DNA of 64,000 nt from Fistulifera solaris (lineage: Eukaryota), in the NCBI GenBank assembly GCA_030295235.1, contig AP026144.1, forward strand, positions 248,001 to 312,000. The letters are read 5' to 3'. Under the pieces are notes generated by a model that had not been told where the DNA came from, made no database searches, and worked only from the letters and a program-made list of their open reading frames with translations. Positions 1-12,578 of the stretch are shown piece by piece. Position 1 is the first letter of the stretch. The number at the start of each line of letters is the position of its first letter. The position numbers and the translations under genes are program-made.

Positions 1-610
1 ATGAAGTTGCCGTGATTTTGAAGAAAATTTGTGTGTTGACTACCTCTGTATGACAAAAGCGGAAGATACTTTTTTGGTGCCGGGAAGGAGTCCGACGGTC
101 GGATTGTTGACTTCTTCGGCTCGTTCGATAGAAATAGCCCGCTTGTTAGCAAAGGGTTTTACTCGCTGACATTTTCATTTTTGATTTGATTTATCAATCA
201 ATCGGCTTTTAATCAATGCGCAGAATACATTCGCGCACGCCGTAACGTTTGGTATACACCGTTGAACATTCAAGCTTCCACAGTCCTTGTGAGGGCTCGC
301 GTTTGCATTATGCATGGATTAGGGTCGAACTTAAAACATTCAGGAAATGAGATAGGGCTTTGTAGACCATGGCGACATAGTTTGCCCTCCCACAGAGCCA
401 AACGAAGAAGAAACGAGGCGAAAAAAAGACTACTTGAATCGGAACTATTTCACGGCGATTACGCTTATGGCTATGAGTTCAGAGGAGACGAACTGCCTTA
501 AATTCGAGAGTTTAAGTGATGAAGATCAGATGAACGACAACTAATTATTTGTTTTAAAAACAAGCCCTGCAAGGGATGAGTGCAAATGTTTTTATGAATA
601 GTTCAAACAC

Positions 611-2223
611 CTAGTGCTTTACGTTGGACACCAATGACGAACGCAATCTTTTACGAGTTTTTTGCGACAAATCGCGATGAAGGGAGACAGGGAACTCGGA
701 TTCCTCCGGCGCAGAAATCAAGGCAACATTATTCTCATAATTCATAGCTTGAATGGACTCGCACAACACATCCGTGTGCTGTGACAATAGCACTTGGTTG
801 GCGCTTGTATTTCTCCCGGCGCTCTCTTTATCAACAATGTAGCAACCAACTTAGGTCGCAACGATGCAGACTCTCGCAACAGAGTGCGTGACTCAATGTA
901 ACACTTGTTCAACAAGTACAGTCTATCGATACTTGACCCGTCTGAGCACTTGCTGCCAGATCGATCCAGCACGGTGATGTACAGGTTACGAGACAACAAC
1001 AGCTTCAACCGCGAATAATCTGGATCACTCGGGGGTATTATTTCTCAACAGCAAGTGTACGCAGTCCCGGGTGCCACGCAGCTGCTTCAAAGATATGCTG
1101 TACTTGGGTGCTCCAATCAAACGACCAATAACAATTACTCAAATCAAGATGCACCAGCCTCGAATTTGCTTTGATTGCACCGACAAGTGCATTTGTGACA
1201 GCTTCCACTTTCTCAGACACAAATTGGTGCCAAGAGATGATCCCTATGTTCAATTTCTCAAAGTGGCCCAGTTCTGTTACTCGATTCAAAAATGAAACCA
1301 CAAGATCATCCCAGTTGTCGCGATCGTCATCTCCCCCAACATAAATTTTCAAACTGAGATCTTTAGGCGCAATATTCAAAGACTCGAAATCATTTGGATC
1401 AATGGTGTCCGAGTCGATACTGTACTCCAAAGCCTTGGTATTCGCTGAGAACGGAAGAAGTACGTATTCCGCAAAGTCATCGTAGAACGTTGGAAGCGTG
1501 AGCTCTTCCATGCAGCAGTCCAGATGTAACAGCCGTTTCAAGTTTGCGACACTAAATGGCATTCCGTATTCTTCACAGTCGATAAGGGAAAGCGAGCCAA
1601 AAGACAATTTTCGCGTCTAGAGAGCCTCTACGAATGCAGTTCAAAGGTCACTGACTTCAAAACCATCGTGCGCCTCAAATATCTCGCAAAACTTCAGTTC
1701 GATAGGATACGGTCGTGTCGCCAAAACGACAGAATGTTCTTTCGTCCATTCTCCTATCGAGAATGCGAATCATCGCGTCGGGCTTGCATCCATGATGTGG
1801 GCAAGTTCTTCTGCATTAAACTCCTCAGCAAAGTTCTCGTCGGGCATGAAGTTGCTCATGTCGATTTCAACACGGACGTCGTCTCCTTCATTAGAATTGT
1901 TGAGAGAAGCGAGGAGTGCGGCCACTCTGAAGAAGTCGCCTCGCGAGATTACGCCGCTCAGTTGATATTTGCCCGCGTGGACGGTAAAGGGAAGCTTGAG
2001 AGTAAAAAAACGCGTGTTGATCCTCTTTGCACATCCAAAGTACCGAACCATGACATCTGATTATCATGTCACGATAAGATTCTAAATCAAGTTCGGTTAA
2101 GCTTGCCGGCTTCCGCAACAGCTTGTAGATGGGCAAATCCTTGTGCTTGTACGGTCGACAACATCTTTGATTAAGCGTCAATCGCTCCTCTGGAATGTGC
2201 TCTAACAAAGGACCCTTCATCAC
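611..2223 (-). pseudogene. Frameshifted member of a lineage-expanded LRR/RNI-like hypothetical protein family (copy A)
   Basis: ORF pieces 1891-2223, 1770-2051, 1038-1607, 742-1008 and 611-793 align in order with the paralogue at 8820-10470 (GPLLEHIPEE/GPLLELIPKE, LPIYKLLRKP/LPMYKLLREP, HPGLRTL/HQGLRTL, LLSQHTDVLC/LLSQHDDILC). At least 4 frame breaks; true pseudogene versus assembly error cannot be resolved. Confidence 0.55.
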
Positions 2224-2621
2224 GGGTCGACGTTTTCGTAAATGCTAAAAAAAAACGAAAGAGATTGTAATACCAGGTAAGTACTATAGCTGTATGATTG
2301 ATTATGTTTAGTGATTTCTTCGTATGGAATGGCGCCTATCTTGCGGCTTCTTTTTTACGGGAAAAGAAAGATGCGAGCCGCTTGAGGCGGAAAAAAGGTT
2401 TGTCACCAGTACGTGTCAACATAGTACCTGGTAAGCGGTAAGACAACATTGTTGCAGATTTTCATACCACTCTATACCTGGTAAAGTACATGTACTTTGT
2501 ACACAGAAACAAACGCAGATTACGGACGCAGGTGCGCGAGCACGACGACCATGACATTCCTAAAATGACAGCACCGTCATTTCTTTTCGCTGCTGTCAAA
2601 TAAAATTGTCAACGCAAAATC

Positions 2622-5600
2622 ATGTCTTCACTGTATAATTCACTGCGCTCGGCCGAAAATCAGCAGCTCACGCGCGTCGAGGTGAATCAACGCGCTTTAA
2701 TCGACAAGATTTTAGCACGCTACGCGAGTGAGAACGCGATTTTTCGTGAACTGCTGCAAAATTCGAATGATGCGGATGCGACGGAAGCAGTAATTGAGTT
2801 CACAACAAATGAGCAGGATCTTGTCGAGCAAGCAGTGTACAAAAATAACGGAATGGTATTTCGTGAGCAAGACTGGAGTCGTTTGCAAAAAATTGCGGAA
2901 GGGAACCCATCGCCTGAAAAAGTGGGGGCCTTCGGTGTCGGGGCATACACGATGTTTTCAATTTGTGAAGAACCTGTTGTTGTGAGTGGCGACTCTTCGT
3001 GCTGTTTCGTATGGAAAGGCGACGCATTGTGGTGTAAAACAGCAAGGCTTCCTGAAGGAGAATACCATTCTTGGACGACATTTATTTTACCAAGTCGTGA
3101 TCTCTATCCTTTGCCTGTATGGAAAGAATTCTGCAGCTTTTTGAAGGCGAGTTTGACGTTCACCGCGAATTTGAAACATGTGAGAGTCATGCTAAATGAT
3201 AAAGAGTGTTTGAGTATCACCAAGACCCTTGTACAAGAACCTCGCTTGATTCAAATACCGAAATCCAAAGGAACGTGGTGGACCACCTTCAACGCAAGCA
3301 ACAGCAACAGCGAAGGCGTTACAACAACGACTCCCAAGGGTATGTTTAGCTTATTGGGTCCTAAGAGTAATACGATCAGTGCTCTTCTAACAGCATCATC
3401 AAAATCGGGTCCTACGAGTAATAATATTCCAGCTATTTCCGAGTCCGTGCAACGCATTTCTGTCATGGTCGACAATTCTTTGACTTTTCAAGACGCCCGT
3501 TATGTGTCAGCGTTAGCACATACAAACATTCCGTCGGATATGGCCAGGCGCATGCAGCGAGTGACGAAAAAGACCCACCGAAAACAGTCAAAGTGGAGCT
3601 CTTCTTTGCACCCGAGGGAGGCAGAATCTTTATTGGATTTCGAACGAGTCAAAGTACAGGCTTGTCCGTCCATGTAAGTGCTCCTTTTATTCCTACTGTG
3701 GAACGAGAAGCTATGGATTTACAAGATGCCGCATTGCGTGTGTATAATATGGAGTTACTGGAAATGGCTGGAATGTTGTTGCGGTTGACTTTAGAGCAGG
3801 CCATGTATGTGCTAAGGGATGACTGGAACGCAGGAGCAGAAGCCCGCCAAATATTAGAGCAAAAGCTACTCAAAGAGAGAGAGTTGTCCAGAGAAAAGCG
3901 GAAGCTGGTTCCGCGCGATACGAAAGAGAAGAACAAGCAAGACGAGCCGGAGGGCGACGATGACGGCAAGTCAACAAAGGGTGGCCTTGTGGGTTTCGCT
4001 CGCTTCATGGCTCGCGGGGTGAAGAAAAAAATTGTACAAGTGGTAGGGAGCGTGGAGGAAATGTTGGATGTCGACAACGACTTACTGAATCCGATTGATC
4101 CGCGTTCATTAGACACGATTGAAGAACAGGCTATTGAGTTGATGCAGTCTTTTGTCCAGTACCGTCGACTCCAGACCCGTTGGTAGGCACTTGTTTAGCT
4201 CAGGGTTTTGCGCGCTGCTTGCCTTCTGTGGCACCTCCGGTTTTAACGCGGACAAGTGTGGTTCCGGCAGATCAAGCTCGGCTGCCACATGCAGGCATGC
4301 AATCTTTTGTGACTCAGATCAAGTCGTTCGACAAGTCGTGTACGACAATGCTACTGAGTATCACACTATAATAGCGCAATGTCGTAGACTAAACTTCCAA
4401 GACTTGCTGCTGACTTTGCAAGAGAAGGTGCTGTCAGAAACAGAGCTAGTACACCTTCTGCAATGGTTAGTTCAGTATCAACAACGTTATGGGATCGAGG
4501 TAACGGCCATGCATCGACTCAAAGATGCAATCTCTTTCGACAGGAAAGTAACCACGAGTTTGTGAGTCTATCCGATCTGTTATTTCTTGTCGAGAAAGAC
4601 TCGATCTTGTCAAATCATGAGTCGATGCCGTTACCCGAAACTGTTTTTCCAGTGCGCCTACAGCAGCAACTCAAACATCTAAATCGCTTACCATGGTTTC
4701 CAAGCCCTAGATGACGATATTTGGGTTTCATTCATTGCCGAGCATGGTGCTATGACGGAGGGAAAGCAGGTTGATCATAAAACCCGTTTAGAAATTTTTC
4801 AAGTCATATGCGAGATGTATCAAAAGAAACGATCGCAAAAAGAAGCATTTGGACGACTGTGTGCCAATTTGCTGTCGCAAAAACCGTGTCTACCAGTAGA
4901 AGGTCGAGAAACCCCGGAGCGACCCGTGAATTTGTATTTGGATTCGGAGGATCTCAAGGTATTCGAAACGCTTGGTACTTTCGATAAAGTGTCATCGGCC
5001 TTAAATATGACAGAGGAGTTTCTTTTAATCATGGGTGTGCGAAAATGTGTTTCAATTGACTTCCTACTGACACATTTGGATACATTAAATTGGTCACAAA
5101 ATCCCCGCCCATTAATCGAGTATTTGCGAAAAGTGTCGTTGACCCCCACGGATTTGCAGAAACTGAAGTCGACACGATACTTACCTTCGAAAGACTCCGT
5201 GGGCTTGTTTGCGCCGTCGGAGCTTTATTTACCGAACGCGCATCTTGAATGTTTTTCATTCTGTCGAAGACTTCAATGGGAAACAACTTCGTTGTCGGAA
5301 CAATCTGACGCCGGGCTATTTCTAATTAAATTAGGAATGAAACTGCTGCCGCCGCTGGCAGAGGTTCTGCAGTACATGACTCGGCCCGACTTGGCACCCT
5401 CATTGAGAAACCAGTGCTTAGAGTTTCTTGCCGACCGCTTAGCGCCGCGAGGGCACTACCACGCCGAGTACACGAAATTCATGCAGCGTCAATTCCCTTA
5501 CAAATTCCTCCCTTGTACGGTGTTAGATCCGCTGCATGAAAGTAACAGTTCTTTGAACGACGTTTTGCTGTTATCGCCTCAATCATGTTACACAGAGAAA

Positions 5601-8030
5601 GAATGTGCGATAATGGGCTTTCCGATATTGCAAGCCACTGACACGCAGCTTTACGGAAACTTGTTTTGTTGTCGTTCACAGCCTCCAAGTGAAGATGTGT
5701 TGCGTCAATTCCAATTGATAGTTGATCAATGCAAAAAAGTCCCTGTGGAAGATCGAAGGATATTTGCCTTATTCGAAAAACAGTTGTTCCCATACTTGTC
5801 ACATCATGCCAATCTAGAGCCGAGCCATGTGAGACCTTTGCAAGCAATCAAATTCATTCCGCTTCTCAATTCGGATGGGAAGCTTCAATGGTATCGACCA
5901 GATCAAGTGTTTTTCACCTCCACCGAAAACATATTTCCAATCGTTCCCTACTACTCGCCTTTCTTGGCATCGACTGGAGTCCAGCAAGAAGTCTCGACGA
6001 AGGAGATCTTTCTGAAAATGCTCGACCAACCAGCACAGCTTTTAGAGCAACTAGGCCCCACGCAGTACCGTGTGTTACTTCGTCGGATTGCTTCCAACCC
6101 TCCTTTCGATTGGACCTTAAATCGCCGTCGCTGGAATGATGTCTCATTCTTACTGACTGATGCTGAGCAGCCGGTACTTCGCAAGGCCTCTGACATTTAT
6201 GTCATGGATAATTCTTTTCTGGGTCGGCTGTTCCCCACCATAAACAAGGCGCCCCACGAGACAGATCTGGAAGCTTTGTACACTCAGTTGGGATCTCTTC
6301 TTCTTTCCCAAAGCGTGGAGCGGAGATTCGAATATGCTGGCCAAACTCAAACGAAAACTTCAACGTGTAGCTTACTTCATGATCGGTGTAAGGAAAGAAG
6401 TCCTCTTTGCTTTCAGTGATGACGCGACCGCTGGTAGCGAAGGCGGCGAAGCTATTGCAGGAAACGCAGTTTCAGGAGGCACAGCACCTTTTAGCTGTCT
6501 ATTCATTAGAAGGGACGACCAAGCGCCACGCCACAACTGCATTTTTAAGTACAAGCAAGTCAGGCAACGCTGTCATCTATGTCACAACGCCTTTTGACTG
6601 GTTTGATGTAGGAAGTGCAGTTGGCGATTTGATTCTGAAAGGTCGCTGTAGGTTAGAAGATGCATTTTTTCTGAGCAGTTTACTGGAAGCGCCCCTAGAG
6701 CAGTTGCGATCTCGGGGGTTCCCAGTTGATCGTATTGTCGCCATAGAGCCTCCCAAAATAGATTCAATCAATAATCAACAAGAAAGTGCCGAGCTTACTG
6801 GAAATAACAAACTCAATGGCTCCACAGACTCTCCAGTGCCCAAAATGTCAGGTGATGACACAGCACGGTCTTCCGAGTCGTCATCGTCAACCGGTGGGAT
6901 AGAAATAAGGACAGAACCGAGGCCTACAGCTACGAATAAAACAACTTCGATGACGGTACCGAATAACTCCACTCCCCCGCCCGAGCCCGATATCGATTCT
7001 ACCAAAGCGATGGAGTCAAATCCCATTAAGCCGTCTGATCATGGCGCGCTCGCTCGCATTGTCATGGAAATGTTTCCGGACGCAGATCCTGAATTTGTCA
7101 AGTCGGCGTTGGGTACACACCCATCACTGGAAGACGTGCAAAATCTCACAAATCAAATGTCTCGCGGCGCATACCCTAAAGTCGGGGAAGTGAACAACTC
7201 TTCATCTACTGACAAACCAAAGAAAGGTTTGCGAGGTCGAATCGGTCGGGTTTTGGGCGGAGGACGCAGAGGAAGCAAGACCACTCCACCTGTGACTACT
7301 GATATTCCACATATTGTGCCATCTCCCGTCCTGCCGGCGTTCAAACCACCTCAGCTTCTTCCTCATCCAACACACCAGGGATCTACATTACAACCTAAAC
7401 CCAATCATGTACACGAAAACGCCAACCCAGTACCCCCGATTCACGATTGTTCCAATCATCAAGGATTACAACGTTTATTGCAGCAAACAGTCCGGCAATC
7501 CAACCAAGTCTCTCCGCACGGGATCGAGTCAGCGCCGACAACATTGACGAGCAGTTTACCTGAAGGCCTAGATCGAGGCGACACTTGCGATGTTATCCCT
7601 GGCCAACGTCTACAGGCGTTTGGTACTACAAAAAATGGCCTCCGTGTTTTCTCTTGGAAAGATTTGGTGAGCTCGACTCAATTCCTGGAACAAAACCAAA
7701 ACGTCTTGGACCAATTTTCGATTGTGTTGGAACGTTTGGCGGGAGTCTACGATTTGCCGGCTCAATAGCATGGCCATCTTCCACGATCCCATGGGCCAAA
7801 CAATTGCCTTCAACGCGAATCGCTCACTTCACTTCAACATTCGGTTCTACCACTCATTGCATGCTGCACAACCCTTCTCGGTGGCTTGTTACTCTTACTG
7901 GTACGTGACAATCGCCCACGAATTGGCACACCACTTGGTATCGGCACACAACAAGGAACACGGATTTTATACGGAAAGCTATATCTCTTTATACCTTCCA
8001 AAGTTAACTGACTTGCTGAAAGGTTTGTAA
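2622..8030 (+). CDS. Large sacsin-like/DUF3684-type protein: N-terminal GHKL (Hsp90-like) ATPase, CUE-like domain, C-terminal HEXXH motif; several frameshifts
   Basis: VNQRALIDKILARY..FRELLQNSNDA (N-box), NNG, KVGAFGVGAYTMFSICEEP (G2 box); MEMFPDAD CUE-like motif near 7060; IAFNANRSLHFN...HELAHHLVSAHNKEH at the C-terminus. Consecutive + ORFs 2622-3677, 3593-4186, 4152-4565, 4463-4714, 4752-6419, 6407-7768, 7722-8030. Confidence 0.8.
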
Positions 8031-8293
8031 AGGAACGACACGCTACATTGAGGGATTCAGATAGACGAAAGAATCATTATTTCTCGCCGCCGCCTTGTGC
8101 GCACTATCCCAATTTAATCCGGCCAATCAGCATGCGGCTGATGTCAGAGAGAGACATTTTAATGAGCCACAAGGAGAATGTATGAGCCTGATTTCCGAGA
8201 TGGACTCAAAGCTTGGTCAGGTTGTGTTTTAAAAAAAGTATGGTAGGGCTACACGTTCTTGAGCTAATGATGTCAATTATAATCGATCGTGTC

Positions 8294-8520
8294 TCATGAC
8301 TCATGACTGAATTCCAGTCAGCGGGAAACTAAACACCGTACAATATTGAAACTACAATAACTAATCCGTTACGATGAGGGTAAGAGTCCGAAATTTCAAT
8401 CCAAAAGAGCATTGACTTCTATTTGAAGGAAAGAAGCATTACGGACGCGAAAGACGAAAATAAACAGGGTCTATCTCATGACTCATGACTAAAATCCAGT
8501 CATGGCAAAAGGTCGTCTAC
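8294..8520. repeat. Pair of TCATGACT-N7-AGTCA(TG) spaced palindromes, each preceded by an extra TCATGAC
   Basis: 8301-8320 TCATGACTGAATTCCAGTCA and 8483-8504 TCATGACTAAAATCCAGTCATG; related copies at 24552 and 24776. Confidence 0.7.
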
Positions 8521-8819
8521 ATTTGATGATATAGTCGAAACAAGGTTGTTTAACCCTTAACCTTACACCATGAAACTGGTTTCTAGACGACGGAGAGTTT
8601 TTATTGCGACGGCGACGGCAACCATCACACTTGCCCGCTGACACTTTCAACTTTCAATTGCCGCGAATTGCAAGAAGGATCTTCTATTCACACATCAAAA
8701 TGACTCTTTCATAAACTAAGATCAATCTGCGGTCATTTGGATCATGAAAAGGCTCACAAATTACGCTATTCGCCGCGAGTCTATCATCGTCTTCGATACA
8801 GCCGAAACCGGCAAAGAAG

Positions 8820-10470
8820 ATGAACGGTCCTCTTCTCGAACTTATTCCCAAAGAGCAAATGACGCCCGGCAACAGGAGCTCCTTCCGGCTATCTACGGAG
8901 GTAGGCTTCCCATGTACAAGTTGTTGCGGGAGCCTTCTCACCTGGATGATTTTGACTGGGAGAAGAACCAACACGCGATTGTGTGGTTCGAAAATGAGAC
9001 GATGTTTTGCTTTTATAAGGCAGCTTCCTTTTTCGAGGAGCACAATTTTTGCTTTGTGATCTCACATAGTGATGATCTCAAAAAGTACTTCCCTCGAAAA
9101 GCAATTCATGGTGAATCGGAAACCAAGATTCTAGAAACGATCACCTCCCTTTGGTCTCTCCCGAAATTGAAAGGAAGTAAGACGCTTTTAACCACTTCAG
9201 AGCATTCGATAGACGATGTGGATTACGGCTTTGACTTTGCTTCGCTACAACCGGGCAGATTGCCCGCGCATACTTGACGCCGAATCCCTCAGCGACGGTT
9301 TTTCTTCGACAGAGGAATCCGGAGCTCTGCACAAGCTGTCGTGCTTCGTGCTAGCGTCAGCGTCCGGATACTACGGCCTTGCATTTGACGGACGCATTTG
9401 CCTTTGAAGACCACGGAACAGCCTTCGTGACGTGAGCTAGAAAAACGAAAGTCGTCCTTTGGTTCTCTTAGCTTCGAGGTCGACGAAGCCACAATTCCTT
9501 TCAGTCGCGCTAAACGTTGAACGTCTGTTTGAACTCGACGTACTTGACAAGCTTGAACTTGATGCTCTCGGCAGACAATTTCTCCCGCTTCCATTCTCCC
9601 GCAAAAGCAAAAGCTGCACAACAAGATCACTTCAGACACTATGAAGCCTGAAGACTTGAAACACTTGAAATTGTACCGAAGGATCTTCAAATCAAAGTCT
9701 ACGTAGACGTTTCGCTTAAAAACAATGGGAGGCGCTCCGGTTGCGTTTTCTGAATCGAAGCGGCTGCACTGGGCAACTTAGAGAAGCTGTCTTTTCTGAT
9801 ACTCCACAGGCGTATGAATTGACGGCCGTTTCAAGTCAGGGAGAAAGTTAAGCGCGTTGCTAATGCACTGTTTCGCACCATCAAGGCCAATAATGCAAAT
9901 TGCAATATCTGAATGTAGTAGCGACCATTTATGACAACGATGCCAATTGCCTCATTTGGGACTCCCATTTGCAGACGTTTTTCAAAGCTGTGGCAGGGCA
10001 TCAGGGGCTTCGAACGCTTGTCGTGGGAAACTATCCCCCGAAGGATGATCCAGAAAACTATTTTTTGATCGAACAACTGCTAGCCAGCAACCGGAACAAT
10101 TTAGTCGTTGACTGTAAAGGCAGCAACATTTCGAACGGAACTACTGTCGACAAGCTGTACACATTGAACTCCTTGTACCAGGGATCGACTAAGCTTGTAA
10201 AGGGTCGGCCTCATTAAGCCCGTCGCTAGTGGCTACTGCAATTTTGGAACGCTGTGATCGGATAACTTCCAATATATTTCCTTGCTATTGTCGCAGCATG
10301 ATGATATTCTTTGCGATTTGATCCAGGGCGTGAATCTAGAGGATATTATTTATTTGCAAACCATGTCGGAGGAGTCTGTGGTGTCTGCACATTCGACGGA
10401 AAGCGAAACCAAAAAGTTCGCGCACATCAAAATAGAACGAATAGATTTACTAGAAGTGTCAAATTCATAA
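8820..10470 (+). pseudogene. Frameshifted member of the LRR/RNI-like hypothetical family (copy B, paralogue of 611-2223)
   Basis: Pieces 8820-9059, 8744-9277, 9459-9644, 9900-10217 and 10282-10470 share ordered motifs with copy A; many frame breaks. Confidence 0.55.
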
Positions 10471-10729
10471 CCATTGCTTGCTTTACCATGAGTTTGTTTA
10501 AAAGTTGTCGTCTTTTCGTCTGTTATTAGACTTAACCGAGCTTTCGTTTCTTATGATGCTTTGATGTCGCAACACACGAACTCGTGTTAGTGACAGAGCG
10601 GTACCACTTTTTCCTCCACAATAGAAAAGCGTCGCAATCGCAAATACCAAATATACCAGGTACAAGTACCTGCACTAAAATCGAGTCGGTTACACTTCTT
10701 GAATTTCCTTAAAACTTGCATTTAATACG

Positions 10730-11737
10730 ATGAAATCAACTTTTAATTATCATTGTGCAAGGCTTGTGTTAATTATGCTGATTTCTCACCCATCAATTTT
10801 GGGATTCGTCATTACGCGGAACAAATTGCCAGCGAGAAGTCCTCGGCAAATGGTCTGCCACTCTCCCAATTTGTTGTTTCCACATCGACGAAAGAAGGAT
10901 TTACTCAAAAGAAATGCTCTGATAGCACTGACAGTCGCTGAAACACAAAATCTGCTGTCAACGGGTCCACCTACGGGTGCACAATACTCCGTATACATTG
11001 GTCGAACGCCTCGCGAACGATTTGGCCGATTGATCGAGTCGTCGATTGTAGGATTCTTGGGTGTTTTCTTCAGCTATTTTCTCTCTTTTGTCATCGGTGG
11101 ATTTTTTGCAACATTGTTAGGGTGCATATTCTTCTTTTGGGGTATATTATCACCAGAGTTTCAAGCATATCAAAGGAACTGGGAATTTTTAGGAGGTCGA
11201 CCACTGGTCGATATGGAGGATACTGCCGCGAAGAAAGATCCAGACAAAACTGGTTTGTACAGTGCTCTCTTTGTTGGTCACCTTGCGGATCTAGCTGTTG
11301 TGGAAGATGCTATTTCGGATGTAGAGTACGATTTAGACGATTTTCGCGATTACACAATGGACGGCGACGAGCTGGAAAAATTGACTGGTCGACCGTACCT
11401 GCTTCGCGTTCTAGCGCGCGATCGGACGGGTCGCGAACTCCAAATACACACGAGGATGAGCGAAGAATATGTAGATGGTGCACTGGAAACAGGGTTGCCC
11501 GTGACAGCAATCTTGCTCAGCACGAAGAGGAATTTCTCACGCTTGGCCGGCATCACCGACCTATACGTACCGGATGTTAACTTGTGGCTAGGAGACTATC
11601 CATATCTTGACAGAGAACACATGGAAGCCATGCTAGCGGAAGATGATGATATTTGGGATGCGCTGCAAGCCGAAGCTCTCGATTACGACTTGATGGGGGT
11701 GTTTATCAAGATAGCAAGGGGACAAGGATGGAAATGA
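10730..11737 (+). CDS. Probable plastid-targeted membrane protein resembling a conserved cyanobacterial family of unknown function
   Basis: 335-aa ORF with signal peptide plus basic transit-like segment and two hydrophobic helices; motifs TGAQY, P...A..RN and DLYVPDVNLWLGDYPYL recalled from a cyanobacterial conserved protein. Confidence 0.7.
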   Translation: MKSTFNYHCARLVLIMLISHPSILGFVITRNKLPARSPRQMVCHSPNLLFPHRRKKDLLKRNALIALTVAETQNLLSTGPPTGAQYSVYIGRTPRERFGRLIESSIVGFLGVFFSYFLSFVIGGFFATLLGCIFFFWGILSPEFQAYQRNWEFLGGRPLVDMEDTAAKKDPDKTGLYSALFVGHLADLAVVEDAISDVEYDLDDFRDYTMDGDELEKLTGRPYLLRVLARDRTGRELQIHTRMSEEYVDGALETGLPVTAILLSTKRNFSRLAGITDLYVPDVNLWLGDYPYLDREHMEAMLAEDDDIWDALQAEALDYDLMGVFIKIARGQGWK

Positions 11738-12108
11738 TGACTTCAATTCCATAACTGACAATCGCATTCCTCTTCGACGGCGTAGAAAGTAGTTTACGAT
11801 GGTTGTCTGCGGCTTCCTGAGATTAATGTGCTGAGAAAGTGTTTCGTTATCTTATATCTACTTCGTGTGGCGTTCATGCGGAAAGGAAAAAAACTCATTC
11901 GTTTTGATTGAGTAGTTGGTTGAGGTCGACACGCGATACTAGAGTAAATATATTACCTGTCGCAGGCAATCAACGTCGTGTAAAATTGTCAAGAAGAGAG
12001 AAAAGGGGCGTCCTAGGTCCTAGATACGTTCTTGCATAGTCAGAGACTCCTTACCGTCAGCATAATACTAGCATATAATGAACGCTAACCAAATGGAAAC
12101 AAGAAGAA

Positions 12109-12199
12109 GTCGGCGTGGTCTAGAGGCATGATACTCGCTTTGGGGCTCGGACGTACGAGTACTTGTGAGTGGCCGCGGGTTCGATTCCCGCCGTCGACC
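12109..12199 (+). tRNA. trnP-UGG: tRNA-Pro(UGG) with a 19-nt canonical intron (12145-12163)
   Basis: Acceptor stem GTCGGCG/CGTCGAC; Pro-type D region TGGTCTAGAGGCATGAT; anticodon stem CTCGC/GTGAG with TT-TGG-G loop; T arm GCGGG-TTCGATT-CCCGC; T-run pol III terminator at about 12208-12213. Confidence 0.93.
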
Positions 12200-12578
12200 T
12201 GATATTGTTTTTTCAAAAGGAAGACGTCGGGCATACGCCATGCGTTGGCGCGTTGGATCAAAAAAATAGCGAAGTAAGTTGTATCCATCCGTTTGACCGT
12301 CATCCGTCTAAATAATTTTAGCGTAAGTACTCAGTACCGTTTCTGAGAAATGGACACGCATGCTCGCATGCTACAAAATCTGCGATACAAGCGTTTTTTT
12401 TATGCAAACTGCAACTGCTGTTGTTCTTCGGGCAAGCCCTTATTAATTCGAACTTCGCGCGCATTTACGCATTTAGCATTATTTTTTGTTCATCAATCTC
12501 GATCGTCGAAAAACACAACGAACGAGAGCAAAGCACCGCACCAAGTATCTTGCTTCTCTTGACATTAAGTGGTCCGTC

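Noticed and set aside
262..501. 79-aa ORF near the window start
   Set aside because: Non-ATG start and no recognisable features.
8545..8570. Telomere-like AACCCTTAACCTTA (also TTAGG pieces at about 25250-25320)
   Set aside because: Too short and degenerate to call interstitial telomeric repeats.
611..10470. Composite transposon formed by the two inverted paralogues
   Set aside because: No transposase, reverse transcriptase, TIR or TSD seen, and the copies are too diverged at DNA level.
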